From: Heteronotia binoei
Taxonomy: Eukaryota
Length of the DNA: 64,000 nucleotides
Reading direction: 5' to 3'
Assembly: GCF_032191835.1 (NCBI RefSeq)
Contig: NC_083230.1
Coordinates: forward strand, 133,176,001-133,240,000
This document shows, one piece after another, positions 22,601 through 34,600 of this stretch (its first letter is position 1; every line of letters starts with the position of its first letter). A program made the translations under genes and the position numbers. The notes under the pieces were generated by a model. That model did not search any database, was not told the origin of the DNA, and worked only from the letters and a program-made list of their open reading frames with translations.

Positions 22601-25600
22601 CCAGGGAGGGTCCATGTAGTCCAGACTCCTGTCTCACACAGTGGCCACCCAGTTCTTCTGGAGCGCCAACAGCAGGGCAGAGAGGCCGAGGCCTTCCCCT
22701 GAGAAGAACATCAGAAGAGCCCTGCTGGGTCAGACCAGGGAGGCTCCATCTAGTCCAGCCTCCTGTCTCACACAGGAGCCAGTCACTGCCTCTGGAGGGC
22801 CAACAACAGGGAAGAGAGGCCAAGGCCTTCCCCTGAGAAGAACATCAGAAGGAGCCCTGCTGGGTCAGACCAGGGAGGGTTCATCTAGTCCAGCCTTCTG
22901 TCTCGCACAGGGGCCAGTCAGTTCCTCTGGAGGGCCAACAACAGGGCAGAGAGGCCAAGGCCTTCCCCTGAGCAGAACCTCAGAAGAGCCCTGCTGGGTC
23001 AGACCAGGGAGGGTCCATCCAGTCCAGCCTCCTGTCTCACACAGGGGCCAGTCAGTTCCTCTGGAGGGCCAACAACAGGGCAGAGAGGCCGAGGCCTTCC
23101 CCTGAGCAGAACCTCAGAAGAGCCCTGCTGGGTCAGACCACTGAGGGTCCATCTAGTCCAGCCTTCTGTCTCACACAGGGGCCACCCAGTTCCTCTGGAG
23201 GGCGAACAACAGGGCAGAGAGGCCGAGGCCTTCCTCTGATATTGCCTCCTGGCTCTGGGCTTCAGAGACTGACTCTTCTGAATATGGAAGTTCCCCTCAG
23301 TCACCATGGTTAGTGGCCTCTAATAGACGACCTGGCCACTTGGAGGGGGGAATCTTCCATGAATCTATTTAATCCTGTTTTAAAGCTGTCTGTTCCCATG
23401 ACCATCACTGCATCCTCTGGCAGTGAATTCTGCATTTTAATCGATCTCTGTGTAAAGAAGCATTTTTGTCCTGAATCTGTTGCCCGCCAGCTTCATTCAG
23501 AGCCCTCAAATTCTAGTATTTTGGGAGAGGGAGAACAATTTCTCTTTGCCAGCTCTCTCCACATGCATAATTTAATAAAACTCTATCATGCCCCCCTTTT
23601 AGTTACCTCTTTTCTCAACTGAAAGGTCTCAGGCTCTTCAGATTTTCTTCATAGGGAAGGTGCCTCAACCACCTGATCATCTTGGTCACCCTCTTCCGTA
23701 CATTTTCCAGTTCTGCAATGTCCTTTTTGAAATATGGTGACCGGGACTGTACACAGTACTGCAAATGAGGCTGTACCATAGATCTGTGCAAGGACATGAC
23801 AATATTGGCCATTTTATTCTCAATCCCATTCCTAATAATCTCTGACACGAAGTTTGCCTTTTTCGCTGCTGCCACACACGGGGTCGACACTGTCATTGAG
23901 CTGTCCACTGTAACCCCAAGATCTTTTCCCCTCCCAGTCTCAGCAACTTCAGACTGTCTGCCTACACATGAAGGTTGAGGTTTTTGGTCGCAAGGTGCAT
24001 CACTGTACACTGACCAACACTGAACTTCATTTGCCACATCGTCATCCACCCAGTTTGTGAAGGTCCTTTCAGAGTACTTCACAGCTGGTCTTGAGTAATT
24101 TGGTGTCATCTGTAAACTGCTCAGCCCCAGTTCCACCCAAAGGTAGTGAAAGTTGCTTCTGGCCACCAGGTGAGCAGCTTGGGGATGGAAGCCAGGGTAG
24201 AGGCTGGTCTGAGGAGGTAGAGAGGGGCTTGTCAGCGGGGTGCACTGGCTTAGCTTCTGGTTGTTCCTGCATTAGAATGTGGGAGTTCCGTGTGTCTAAA
24301 CCTCCGAAGGAGCTTTCACTCATGTGTGATGTTCTCAGGCAGGAATGTGTGGAGCAGCTTTTGAAGAATATGTTTGATGGGGAGCAGACGGAAAGCTGCC
24401 TCGTGAATGGCACTCAGGTTTTGCTGACACTGCTTGAGCCAAGACGTGCTGGGTAAGGAGGACTGACTTCATCGTGGTCATTGCTGTGCTTTGGATTCTG
24501 TGTGTGTGTGTGTGAAGTATCGCAGCACATTTCTCAAAAGCCACCTGAGGCTTGGGTGCCAACAGAAAGCCCATTTCCCTCTTTCAGGCGTAGTGGTAAG
24601 GGTCCCCCACCCATCCCCTTGTGTGCTCTTTATATGGCTTGTAGCTGATTTTATTTCTGTATTTCAGCTGGTATTCAGATCACATTTCTAAATTTCAAAA
24701 GCCATGTAAGTTTTTAAAAATAGTGCAGAATAGAAATATTCTAAAGTGGCTAAATAAACCCCCTGCTCTTAATTTTACTCCGCATGGGCTTGTGGATGGT
24801 CCCCTCCTGCCTACCCGGTAGGAGTGTTTGATTTCTGCAGTGCTTTCTCCAGCACAGGCATTTCCCACTCTGCTGCTGTGAACTTAGTGGGTGAACTTGG
24901 ACCAGGCATGTTTTAAACAAAGAATAACAGTCCTGCTCTCTCAGCTGTGGCTACCTCATAGGGTTGTTGTGAGGAGAATATGAGCTGCCCCAGATCTCCT
25001 TGGAAGGAGCGGGGCTGGGCATAACATATACTCTTGACAGCTCTTTGGCTGCGGCTGTGGAGATCACGAGTTTTGTAAGGCTCGATGGCCACCTGACAGC
25101 AGTGCTGCTTCTGTGAATGAGGCAGAGCTTGGGAAGGAGGGCAGGAAGGTTTGCACCAATTCTTAGTTCTCATGGCCGTTTCTTACATGCCCAGGGAAAT
25201 CCTGATTGCTACCTTGGGGTCCATCAGCAGTTTTTCTCCAGGCCAGTTTGGGCATGGATCCTGGAGGTTTTTGCCATCTTCTGGGCATGGAGCAGGAGTC
25301 ACTGGGGATGGTGTGTGTGTATGTGTGTGGGGGTGGTATTTGTGAGTTTCCTGCATTGTGCAGGGGGTTGGACTAGATGACCCTGGAAGTCCCTTCCAGT
25401 TCTCTGATTCTAAGGCAGTAACTTGTGTGGAGCTGATCTGGGCCTGGGGCCAGGGAAGTCTTGGCCTGGTTTGGTTCAGCAGTTGACCAGAGTTCCCCTT
25501 TTTGTGTGCAGGACGGAGGGGCTCGTGGATTCTGCCACTCAAGGGGCTGAGAGGTCTTATGTTGTCAGCAGCAGCATCTTGCGCGCCATTGAGTCCCGGC

Positions 25601-28600
25601 TGAAGGACTTCCACCACCTTCTGCTCAGCCCCCCCAAGGTAGGGGGTGGGTTTGGCCTCTCTTCCTCGCCAGGCTTCAGGGCTGCCTTCTGTGGATGTTC
25701 CCGGTGGGTGGGTGGGAGCCCTTTGCTTGGCTACATCATTGCTCTGGCCTTGGAGCCCTAAAAAGGCCGCTGTTTTCTGCTTGTGACAGAGGAGCTCCAT
25801 CCTGACCACCATTGGGGTCCTGGAAGAGCCTCTGGGCAATGCCCGTCTCCATGGGGCTCGCCTGATCGCTGCCCTTCTGCACACCAACACTGCTGCCATC
25901 AACCAGGAGCTGTGTCGCCTCAACACCATGGGCCTCCTGCTGGTGAGTGCGGGGTAGCAGAGAAGCCATCTCCTCTTGGCGTCTGGATGGCAAGTGTCAG
26001 TCGTTGGTTTCCATGTCAATGGAAAAGGGCATTATGCTTAGAAAACGGCCTTTTCATGCTGAAAGGTTTGCTGGACATCCAGGACAACAGTTGTGGCCCT
26101 TTTCCGGCCTATAATGCTGGTCTAGATGGACCCCCTCTGGTCTCATCCGGCAGGGCTCTTCTTTTGTTCCTTTGTGTCCTCTGATATTGGCTGTCCAGAG
26201 GGACCAGCTGACCCCCGGGCGAGACACGATGTTGGACAAGAGAGGCCCTCCCTGGTCTCTTCCAACAGGGCTCTTCTGATGCTGTCGGCCTCTGTTTTTG
26301 TTGTTGTTGTTATAATTCATTTATATTCCGCCCATTCCCCCAGGGGGCTCAGAACGGAGTACATAATAAGTAATAATATCACAGTAACATCACAATAAAA
26401 ACCAGTTACAATATTTGGTAAAAGTACAACAGGATGGTCCAGCAAGATGGTATAAATTGCTGAGAAGACGGGTTAAAACGGATAAAAGGAAGTCCTTCAC
26501 CCAAAGGAGGTGGTGGCGGCCACAAGCATGGCCACCTTCAAGAGGGGTTTAGATAAAAATATGGAGCAGAGGTCCATCAGTGGCTATTTTTTTTGGCCAC
26601 TGTGTGACACAGAGTGTTGGACTAGATGGGCCATTGGCCTGATCTAACATGGCTTCTCTTATGTTCTTATGTATAGCAAAATGGTATAGCAGGACAGTAC
26701 AGCAGAACAGCACAGTGGAATAGTACAGTAGGGGAGGCCAACCGATCTGTGTCCTGTTGTTGGCCCTCCAGAGGAACTGGTTGGCCGCTGTGTGAGACAG
26801 GATGCTGGACTAGATGGACCCTCACTGGTCTGATCCAGCAGGGCTCTTCTGTGGTTCTTATGAAGGCCTCGGCCTCTCTACCCTGTTGTTGGCCCCTCAG
26901 GTTGGCCACTGTGTGAGACAGGAGGCTGGACTGGATGGACCCTCACTGGTCTGACCAAGCAGGGCTCTTCTGATGTTCTTATGAAGGCCTCAGCCTCTCT
27001 GCCCTGTTGTTGGCCCTCCAGAGGAACTGGCTGGCCACTGTGTGACACAGGAGGCTGGACTAGATGGACCCTCTCTGGTCTGATCCAGCAGGGCTCTTCT
27101 TTTGTTCCTATGAAGTCCTCGACCTTTGTGCCACCTGATGTTGGCTGTCCAGGGGAACCAGCTGACTCTCAGGTGAGACAGAATGCTGGACAAGACAGAC
27201 CCTCATTGATCTGATCCAGCAGGGCTCTTCTGATGTTCGTAAAGATCTAAGTGTGTCCTGAGTGAACTTAATTCTCCTCCTTCAATTCCAGGACTTGTTT
27301 TTTAAATACACTTGGAATAACTTTTTGCATTTCCAAGTGGAATTGTGCATAGCAGTCATTCTGGCTTACTCTGCCAATGAAAGCAAAGCAGCCACAAAAG
27401 ATACAGAGAATAAGGAGGGACTGGACGGGTGCACAGCTTCGGAGGACTTGGAAGCATCAGACAGCCATCCTGAAAACATCATGGTGACACATGTAAGGCT
27501 CTTTATTTTGTTTTTCTCAGAGCAGTAATGTTAGGTGGATCTTCTGGGACACACAGTCTGCCCTGTCTTGGAAGCCTCTTAGAAGAGGCTCCCTTCAAGG
27601 TCTTTTGTCATTCCATGCAAGGCATCCCCCATCCTAGTTCCTGCACAGCACAGGTTCATGGGAAATGGCACACAGTTTCAGTTTAAGATTTGGCTTAACA
27701 CCATGCATTGCCCAGACTTAAATAAGGACGTGTGTGTGTGTGTGTGTGTATAAGGGTAGGGTGTGTGGCCAGGCAGCCTGGGCTCTGCAGTTCCAGCCAC
27801 AGGACTTCATGGCGTGCAGGGGGCCGCCCACACGGTGGGGTCAGGAGCAGCGGGAGCAGCTGCTTTGAGAAGCAGCACTGGAAAAAGTTCTGTATCCCCC
27901 TCCTTCCCGCCAGGGTCCCAAGATGCCTCCTGCAGGGTCCCAGCAGCCCTTTGCCAGCGGGAACCCTCTGGCTTCCTTCCATGAGGAGGGGAGGGCACCC
28001 TGTAGGTTTATCCTGTGTCTTCAGGTCAAGCCTGGAACCATGCTCCGGTTCCGCGGCATTGATGGGCCAGTGGTGAAAGCAGTGGGTTTTGAGTTGTAGG
28101 TGGGTCTGGAACTCTTATAAAGCTTTGCAGATCCTATCAAAAAGGTGTGGGGTGTCTATTCTCCATGAGTGGAGGGTGGTCTCCTCGTGGTGGGTGGTGC
28201 CTCCCGCTTGTGTCTGCAAGTCTGCAGTTAAGGCTCATGCCTGTCTTCTTTGCAGGGCTTCCACGTCCTGTGGGAAGCTGGTCCTCTCAGCCCGCCTGAT
28301 TTCCCTACTCTTCCCAGTCTTAGACTTAACTGATCCTGCTCCCCTGTTTGTTTATGTTTGTTTAATTTGATTTATACCCTGCCCTCCCTGCCGCTTTTGT
28401 AACCTCATGTTTGGATTAAGGTAACTTGCTCTCCATGAAGCTGCCCTTGAAGCCGTTCTGCAAACTGCAGCTGGTCCAGAAAGCAGAATCCCCTTTGCTC
28501 TGAGGGGCTGGCTGATGAGAACGTTTTTTGCCCATTTTGAAACACTGAGCTGGCTGCCAGGGGGATTCAGTTCAAGGTGCTGGCGATGACATGTAAGCCC

Positions 28601-31600
28601 TCTGAGTTTCTCTCAAGGACTGCTCCACCTGTTTCCTCGTGTGCACCAAAGGTGGCCTGTTCCACTTCCAAGGATGGCCCCCCTGGCACCTGCTGGAGGC
28701 CCCGGGCCTTTCCCAGTGCAGCCCCCAGACTGTGGAGGGTGCTCCCTGCAGAGGAGAGAGGGAGGAGGCCCTTCAGGGGAGAGCATCAGGAGGTGCTGCT
28801 GCAAGGGTTGCTTATTTGGAAGACTGCAATTACTAGGGGTGCGCACAAAAAAGATTAGGTATTTTTCAGGGTTAGGTATACTAAGGCTGGAAAATATTGC
28901 TATGTACTGATATTCCTGAATCCCAATATTGGTATAATCATGGGATTAGGGAGATAATGGGTACTTTCTCTTTACTCCCTGGGGGGTGCTGTTGCAGTGC
29001 AACACCGGGGTGGGGGTGGGGAAGGGAAGGTATTTAAATACCTTCCCTCTTTGAGTCATGTTGCATCAGGTAGAGAAGGGAAGCAGAGGGCTTTAAAGGC
29101 TTCCTCCCAGGGTAGCTGATAAGCAGATGGGTGACCCATTAGGCTGATCGGCTTGCTCTAGGAGGAAACCATTTAACTCCTCCATTTTGCTCTGAAGTGG
29201 GGGAAGGAAAGCAGAGGGAGTTTAGCCACTTCTTTCTAGGAGACTGATGTACTGACAGGTGGACCTGCTGGGCTGATTGGTTTCCCTGGGAGGAAGCCTT
29301 TTCGGTGCTTTTTCCCCACTTTCCGCGCTCTGGAACAGAGGAGAAAGGAAGCCCTGAAATGGCTGGTAGGCATTTAAACTGAATAGCTGACGGGCTATTT
29401 AGTTTAAATGGCTAGGGGTTTCGGTATAGCTGAAAGCACCCGAATAAAAGCCGAATAAATTTGGTTTATTTCATGCTTAGCTATATTGGTGGCTGAATAT
29501 AGATCTCTGATACATAATTCAGCTTACATAATACCAGAAGAATACCGTTAAGGTATTTTTCAGGTATTTATTTGGCTTGGTTACTCATGAATGCATGCCC
29601 TGGTAATTACCCGTAGACCACCTCAAGCGAAGAGGAAAAGCAGGGTATGCATATTTCAGTGCATAAATAAAATGGCCACTACACTAGTCCTTTCTCCTCA
29701 TGGGGTGGTTGCCACCAAACTGTTGGAGGATCCAGGGGTGTGTGCATAGCTATACCCTGGATGACTTTCCCATTGAGTCCCCCTCAGGATCCAGGGTGGC
29801 AGAGATGTGTAGAAGACTCCTGACCACTCCAGTGGCTTGGTCACCCCCCCCCCCCTCCAAAGACAGTGTCCTTTGATGGCTTAATAACATGTTCTAGTAG
29901 CTTACCTGGACAGATTTCAAAGGTTATTGGTTCCCCTTTGGCCTCCTCCGTGGAGTTACATTTGCCGCTTTCCAGCTCCCTGGCACAGAGGCTGATTTTA
30001 GTGGCAAATTACATACCCTGGTTAGCAGATCAGCAGCTTGAGCTCTTTAAGAACCCTTTGGTGCATCCCTTTGGACTCGGGGCCTCTGCTCCATGCCCTG
30101 CTCTTCCAGCGCAGTCATTTGTTTCTTTTCAGCCAGTTCCCCTGTTTCCTTCTCTTTATCAAGATAAGGCTCAAGGGTTTGGCCAGGGGACATGAGAATG
30201 CAGCTTCACTTTGAAATAACCCTTCGGTCCTGGATCTCCACTCACAGTCATTCTGTGGGGGGGTCTGCTTCCCCTGATGCTTCTAGCTTGAGTCTGTGTT
30301 CTCTTTGACAGACAGAGCAGCACCTCCTCTGGCCCCTCCCTCCCTGCCCTGGCTGTAGAGCTGATGTCCAGGGATAACAGCCGCCCATAGGTTTCCCCAT
30401 CCACCATGTTTGACACCAAGCACTCTGCCCTGCTGCCCCTTGGCCTCTAGATCTGGAAACTAGACTTCTCTCCAATGCTCTGTGGCCCTTTGCTCCCTGC
30501 CCACGGTTCTCCTTTTCGCCACCTATTGTCAGACCCAAGTTCTACCAGAACTCCTGTCAACATCCCCCTCAGCATTTCCCACATCATCACTTTGGGATAA
30601 GTCATCCTGAACTGGGTTCACCTCAGCTTTTCTCTGTAGGTTTGTTTAAAAGCTGCTCTGCCATCTTTTTGAAATTGTGCTAGCAGTGCAGTTCCTGTTA
30701 GCCTCCTGGCCCCACTTTCTCACTGATGGATTGAGACCCCTCATCTCTGCCTGCCTGTGGCGTTCTGAGAGCGGCTCTGGCCTTTCGCCTGCTGCCTGGT
30801 TGCCTAATCCTCCTTCAACACGCGGCTCCATTCCATGATGTCGTCCGTGCCAGTGTGCACTTGACTCCTCCCAGCACTGGGAATCAAACCATCTTGCTAG
30901 CAGGTGGTAGCGGCAACCTTTGCACCTGACAGGCAAGTCACCAACCCCACTCTCTTTGCTCTTAATTGTGAAGGACTTGCAAGCCCCACTCTGAGAGCCA
31001 GGTTGGTGCAGTGGTGAAGTGTGCAGACTCTTATCTGATTCCCCACTCCTCCACTTGCACCTGCTGACATGGCCTTGGAGGAGTTGTCCTTGAAAGGGCA
31101 GCTGCTGTGAGAGCTCTCTCAGCCTCAAACACCTCACAGTGTGTCTGTTGTGGGGGGGGGGGAAGATAAAGGAGATTGTAAGCCGCTCTGAGTAGTCTCT
31201 GATTCAGAGAGTATAAATCTGCAGTCTTCTTCTTCTCTCTTTTTGTTTGAGGACCTTGATAAAGCACTGCAGACATCCCGGGTGTCTACCCGGCAAGACC
31301 AACCCTTTCCTTTCTCTCCAGGGAGGCTGACTTTCTGTCTCCTGTCAACAAATCTGAACAAGGATGGTTCATACATCCGGCACTTGGTGTCTGGATTGCC
31401 ATTTAAAGGCTCTGCCTGTTTGCAGCTCATTCTGGCTGGCACCACGGGACAGTCTGTTGCATGGGATGGGTGGGCTCTGAGTTGCAGAGATGGGTTTTTC
31501 TTCTGTGGCTCTCGGGCTTCTTGGCCCTCTAGACCTCCCCCAGCTGTCTCTGGGACTCTGCAGCCTGTTCTGGCTTTTCTTGGGAAGCATAGCAAGCAAC

Positions 31601-34600
31601 AGGCTGGAGCTCAGCTAGGTATGGAAGCTCTGAGAAGGAAATTTGCCTGAATCCTGCCTGAGGAACCAGTGAGAGGCATAACCCTTTCCCCACAGGTGAG
31701 AAGGAGGTGTTCCATTCTCAAATAACTGCACCTGGCTCATTGCTTTATCTGTTGATCACCTTTCAACTCAAAGTCCCAAAGAGAGTTGATAGCAGATGGG
31801 ATGAAAAGTCATTTAGAAGAAGATGATACTGGATTTATACCCCACCCTTCACTCTGAATCTCAGAGTGGCTCACAATCTCCTTTACCTTCCCACCCCCCC
31901 TCCACAACGGACACTCTGTGAGGTAGGTGGGGCTGAGAGAGCTCTCACAGAAGCTGCCCTTTCAAGGACAACCTCTGTGACTGTGACCCAGGGCCATGTC
32001 AGCAGGTGTAAGTGGAGGAGTGGGGAATCAAACCCGGTTCTCCCAGATAAGAGAGCTCTGGCTGACCCAAGGCCATTCCAGCAGGTGGAAGTGGAGGAGT
32101 GGGGAATCAAACCCGGTTCTCCCAGATAAGAGAGCTATGGCTGATCCAAGGCCATTCCAGCAGCTGCAAGTGGAGGAGTGGGGAATCAAACCCGGTTCTC
32201 TCAGATAAGAGAGCTCTGGCTGACCCAAGGCCATTCCAGCAGGTGCAAGTGGAGGAGTGGGGAATCAAACCCGGTTCTCCCAGATAAGAGAGCTCTGGCT
32301 GACCCAAGGCCATTCCAGCAGGTGGAAGTGGAGGAGTGGGGAATCAAACCCGGTTCTCCCAGATAAGAGAGCTATGGCTGACCCAAGGCCATTCCAGCAG
32401 CTGCAAGTGGAGGAGGGGGGGAATGAAACCCGGTTCTCCCAGATAAGAGAGCTCTGGCTGACCCAAGGCCATTCCAGCAGCTGCAAGTGGAGGAGTGGGA
32501 AATCAAACCCGGTTCTCCCAGATAAGAGAGCTCTGGCTGACCCAAGACCATTCCAGCAGCTGCAAGTGGAGGAGTGGGGAATCAAACCCGGTTCTCCCAG
32601 ATAAGAGAGCTCTTGCTGACCCAAGGCCATTCCAGCAGGTGCAAGTGGAGGAGGGGGGAATCAAACCCAAATAAAGAGTCTGCACACTTAACCTCTACAC
32701 CAAACTGGCTGTCAGTATAATAACCATACAGTCTTCCAGTTGCCATTCCCTTTGCCATCTTGTTTCTTCTCAGAAGGCCCCCCTGCTCTGGAGAATCTGG
32801 GGGGGGATGGGGAAGGCAGGCAGCTTGGGAGGCACCTGCCTTCCCCCAGGAGTTGCTTGGCCCGCTGTGCAGCATGATCTCCAGGGGTGCCTGCTCCACC
32901 CTCTGCTGGCCTCTCGTGCCTCTGCGGCAGGGACAGGTCTGCCTCTCCCACCGCCTTGGTCACGCTTTACGAAGCAGCCAAAGCACAGCCCAGCCTAGGA
33001 AAAAGGCGCTTTCGTGTGCTCTTGTTCCTCCAGTCACAGTCGACAGTCATCCAAAGCATTGTCATGGAAACGGGGCTCAATAGACATTAAGCCTAAAGCT
33101 GGGCTCAGCACTGGACTTAATTGGAAAAGAATGCCTTTGGCAGTGTGGAGGGTTTTCTTGCCATGCATCCCATAGCGCAGTTGCTGTCAGCTGTGTTTAA
33201 AGAGTGGGGCAGGCATGGCTCTTAAGCAGCCAGCAGCCCCATCATCTTTGCTTTCACAAACTGGTATTTGTTAAGAAGTTCCAAAAAGAGGAAGGGTTAA
33301 AAGAGCGTTCAGAACATGTGTGGAGTGCCTTTATGATACTGCAGAGTAGATTTGGAAGGACGTTGGAGGCCTGAGCTTCCATCCCAGCAGCACTGGTGAG
33401 TTTGTGCCATTGGGTCCCCCTCCCGAGCCTCTCCCAGTGTTGCCAGAGTAGGTGAAATCGGGGGATGGAAAGAGGGTGCTGGGGCATCCACAGAGCACAG
33501 CTGCTCTGAAAGGAAAGAGGAGGTATGACCTCTTATACACAAAGGAGTATGAATTGCAGAGCTGTTAAAATGTATGCAGATAAATGCATCTCAGATGTGA
33601 TCAGACCTTGCAGAGGAGTGCAACAGCTTTCCTGTTTTAATGTGACCATCTTCAGACAATTTCATCAGACTGCAGATAGAAGGTTCCTAAATTAATAACA
33701 TCAGAATCTGTTATCAAAATCTCTTAAAATGAGAGCAGCTCGGGGCAGACCTGCTCTGGTACTGCTCAGCTTGCCTTTCCTGAACATTCTCCAGTCAATC
33801 AAACAAACAAAGCTGCTAGTGCAGTTCCAAAGACATGAGGGGCTGCAGTGGCTCCAGAGGTGCCGCTCTCTCTGTGAATCCGGAATCCAACCCAGAACGG
33901 GGTCAGATTTGTTTTTTGGACTCTTGAGTCTTGCCTCAGCTTTCCCTGGGCGACGCTGTTGCTGGCCCTCCTGCCGTTTTGCCCGTGGGGGACGTCCACC
34001 TGCGTGGGGAGCAGCACCTGCTTCTGAGGACACGCTCGCTTGGAAACTGCTGCGATGGTCTGCGTGGTCTTGCCAGGGCAGAGTTCTGTCTGATGGCCTC
34101 CCCTGCGAAGGCTGGTCTGCTTCTTGTCACCTCTGGCTCCGAGCTCTCCTCTTCCTGGGCTCCAACTTCTGTCAAGAATGCAGAGAAATCTCTGTAGGAC
34201 TAAGCAGGTTTTGCTTAACCGTTCTGTCCCAATTCTACCATTGCAGACGTCTCAAGCTCATCTGTTACGAGGGCCGGATCGGACAGAAGTGATGTCTCTT
34301 TGTTGGGCTGGGCCAGGCATACCATAAAATGTAATGCCAGTACCGGTGACACAGACTTTATAAAGGACACAGGCAAACCTAAGTAATGACATTTTTTACT
34401 CAAAACGCAAACGTGTTCATGCATTAGCACTCCGGCAGCATTTCATGACAGCGTCTTCCTGCTGCCCCCCCCCCACTTCCCCTGCCCATTGTGCATTAGC
34501 CCTGAGGGACAGGAACCCTGGACAGGAAGCCTCTGGCCCACAGGCCCTACGTTTGACACCTCTGCCAGGCAGGGCCTGTATAGGAGCTCCTTTGGACAAG

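Noticed and set aside
25183-26019. 278-aa antisense ORF over exons 7-8
   Set aside because: Shadow of GC-rich coding exons plus CR1 sequence.
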